A stretch of 64,000 nucleotides of DNA from Nautiliaceae bacterium. Its GTDB lineage: Bacteria > Campylobacterota > Campylobacteria > Campylobacterales > Nautiliaceae. The stretch spans positions 64,001 to 128,000 of the forward strand of contig JBDONT010000043.1 in assembly GCA_039831155.1 (NCBI GenBank), written 5' to 3'. This document shows positions 62,371 through 64,000 of the stretch, in pieces; position 1 is the stretch's first letter, and the number at the start of each line of letters is the position of its first letter. Position numbers and translations under genes: made by a program. The notes under the pieces are model-generated. The model made no database searches. It worked only from the letters and a program-made list of their open reading frames with translations, and was not told where the DNA came from.

Positions 62371-62889
62371 TTATTTGTAGTTTTCTATAGCTTTTTTAAT
62401 AAGTTCAATCGCTTTTTCTCTTCCTTCATATCCTGTAACTTTAACCCATTTTCCGGGTTCAAGGTCTTTGTATGTTTCGAAGAAATGTTTGATTTGGTTT
62501 AGTTCAATTTCCGGTAAATCACTTAAATCGTTAATTTTTGCCATTTTAGGGTCAAGTTTTAGAGTAGGTACCGCTACTATTTTTTCATCTTTTCCACTCT
62601 CATCTTCCATAATTAATACACCTATAACTTTACTTTTAATTACAGTCCCAGGTACTACACTCTCACTTGATAGAACTAAAATATCAATAGGGTCTCCGTC
62701 ATCTGCAAGTGTGTTTGGTACAAATCCGTAGTTTGCCGGGTAAAATTGACTCCCGTAAAGAATTCTATCAAGGAAAACCGCTCCGCTTTCTTTGTCAAGT
62801 TCATATTTGATGTTGCTTCCTTGAGGAATTTCAATTACTGCGTTTACCGCTTCTTCAGGGTTTCCAGGTTTGATTTTTGTTATATCCAT
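62371..62889 (-). CDS. ppa: Inorganic pyrophosphatase (family I)
   Basis: IKYE, YPANYG, DGDPID, MEDESGKDEK, HFFETYK. Confidence 0.97.
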   Translation of the reverse strand: MDITKIKPGNPEEAVNAVIEIPQGSNIKYELDKESGAVFLDRILYGSQFYPANYGFVPNTLADDGDPIDILVLSSESVVPGTVIKSKVIGVLIMEDESGKDEKIVAVPTLKLDPKMAKINDLSDLPEIELNQIKHFFETYKDLEPGKWVKVTGYEGREKAIELIKKAIENYK

Positions 62890-63012
62890 TAAGTCTCCTT
62901 TTTTGTGGAATTATATAATAATTTATACAAAAATTTTACGTTTTATTAAAAATAAGTTAATTTTTTGAAAAAAATTCTTGTTTTCTTATGGAAGTGTTGT
63001 TATAATCGCCTT

Positions 63013-63131
63013 AAGGAAAAGGTATATTTTAATATTGAATTTTGAATTTACGTGAATTTACAATTCAGTATTATTTTTTTCAGTATTTTTAATATATCTT
63101 TTCCTATCAATAAAAAAAAGGAAAAGTTATG
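63013..63131 (+). promoter_or_regulatory. Candidate structured 5' UTR of the hydrogenase large subunit gene
   Basis: TATAAT 63001-63006; AGGAAAAG at 63014 and 63119 are both complementary to CTTTTCCT 63098-63105. Confidence 0.55.
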
Positions 63132-64000
63132 AAGTTATCTATAGATCCCGTAACACGTATTGAAGGACACTTGAAAGTCGAAGTTAAAATTAAAAACTCC
63201 AAAATAGTTTCGGCGAAGTGTTCGGCCGATATGTACAGGGGGCTTGAAAAAGCCTTAAAAGGTTACGATTATTTAACGGCTATACAAATAACGCAAAGAA
63301 CGTGCGGGTGCTGTCCTTACGCTCATGCGGAGGCGGCGGCTCTGGCAATTGAAGACGCACTTCAGATTGAGCTTAACAAAAACGCGAAACTTTTAAGAAA
63401 CATGGTAATAGGGGCGTATAAGCTTAAAGATTACCTTTTGCATTTTTATACGCTAAGTTCGCTTGATTTTATCGATTTGAAAAAAATACTTGATTATACG
63501 GGCGACGATTTTAAAATGAACGAACTGAAAAACTATATATTAAAAGAAATATCCTCGAAAAAGGTTTTTCCGTCTCCTCTTTTCATTCAAAGATACAAAA
63601 ACGTCTACACCCAAAACGAAAAATACAACATAACGATGATAAGGCACTATCTAGAAAGTTTCGAAATTATGAGAAAAGTTTCCGAAATGGTTAAAATTTT
63701 CGGTGCCAAAGCCCCTCATATGACAACCATAGAAGCCGGGGGAATTACGACAAGACCTACGGCTGACAGACTTGTTAAATATATAAATCTTGCCGAAGAT
63801 GTAAGGGAGTTTATTCATAAAAAATATTTCGAAGACGTTTTAAATACTGCAAAACAGTATAAGGAATATTTTAAAATAGGAAGAGGGGTAAATAATTTCC
63901 TTACATTCAACACATTGCTTAATCTTGACGGTAGTTATATGTTCGTTGCTGGATTCAGTAAGGATTTCAGGTTTGAAGAAGGCGTTGAGCCTTATGAGAT
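63129..64000 (+). CDS. [NiFe]-hydrogenase group 1-type large subunit (partial, runs off window; not in ORF track)
   Basis: MKLSIDPVTRIEGHL, YRGLE, QRTCGCCPYAH (L1), LHFY, FGAKAPH...GG. Confidence 0.95.
   Translation, partial: MKLSIDPVTRIEGHLKVEVKIKNSKIVSAKCSADMYRGLEKALKGYDYLTAIQITQRTCGCCPYAHAEAAALAIEDALQIELNKNAKLLRNMVIGAYKLKDYLLHFYTLSSLDFIDLKKILDYTGDDFKMNELKNYILKEISSKKVFPSPLFIQRYKNVYTQNEKYNITMIRHYLESFEIMRKVSEMVKIFGAKAPHMTTIEAGGITTRPTADRLVKYINLAEDVREFIHKKYFEDVLNTAKQYKEYFKIGRGVNNFLTFNTLLNLDGSYMFVAGFSKDFRFEEGVEPYE

Noticed and set aside
383..62731. Numerous 60-170 aa antisense or alternate-frame ORFs (e.g. 383-640, 3252-3602, 8216-8512, 21858-22244, 31351-31854, 38103-38498, 44186-44521, 57661-57966, 62468-62731)
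   Set aside because: They lie within well-supported genes, mostly with Ser/Phe/Ile-rich shadow composition and no recognisable motifs

Overview
AT-rich, gene-dense chromosomal window from a Campylobacterota (epsilonproteobacterium). Gene order (serB-tal-pilT-rplY-pth-lptG-lysA-pheA-hisC-fliFGH-dxs; gatB-K channel-gpsA; ispG-dnaB-comEC), the extended atpE, the futalosine-pathway decarboxylase, HCP, DUF505 and a [NiFe]-hydrogenase suggest a thermophilic vent organism such as Nautiliaceae (inference). Most of the window is housekeeping: about 60 CDS and 2 tRNA-Leu, with no CRISPR array, prophage or rRNA seen. The one accessory hotspot (1629-4600, between thiL/EI24 and truD) holds an MCP gene with a perfect sigma70 promoter, two sibling MITEs that share a 41-bp end, an IS1380-like transposase stump, an orphan mqnE 3' fragment and a REP-like palindrome. 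Other notable items are an unannotated 41-aa membrane protein, candidate structured 5' leaders on the hydrogenase large subunit (SD / anti-SD / anti-anti-SD) and on atpE, an FNR-box-driven hcp-hemerythrin unit next to a Crp/Fnr regulator, a MoxR gene lacking a canonical start, a WD40 plus alpha-solenoid protein, a tandem winged-helix DUF505 protein, a nuclease-fold lipoprotein and a disrupted metallophosphoesterase. All family assignments come from motif recognition by eye, not from database searches.
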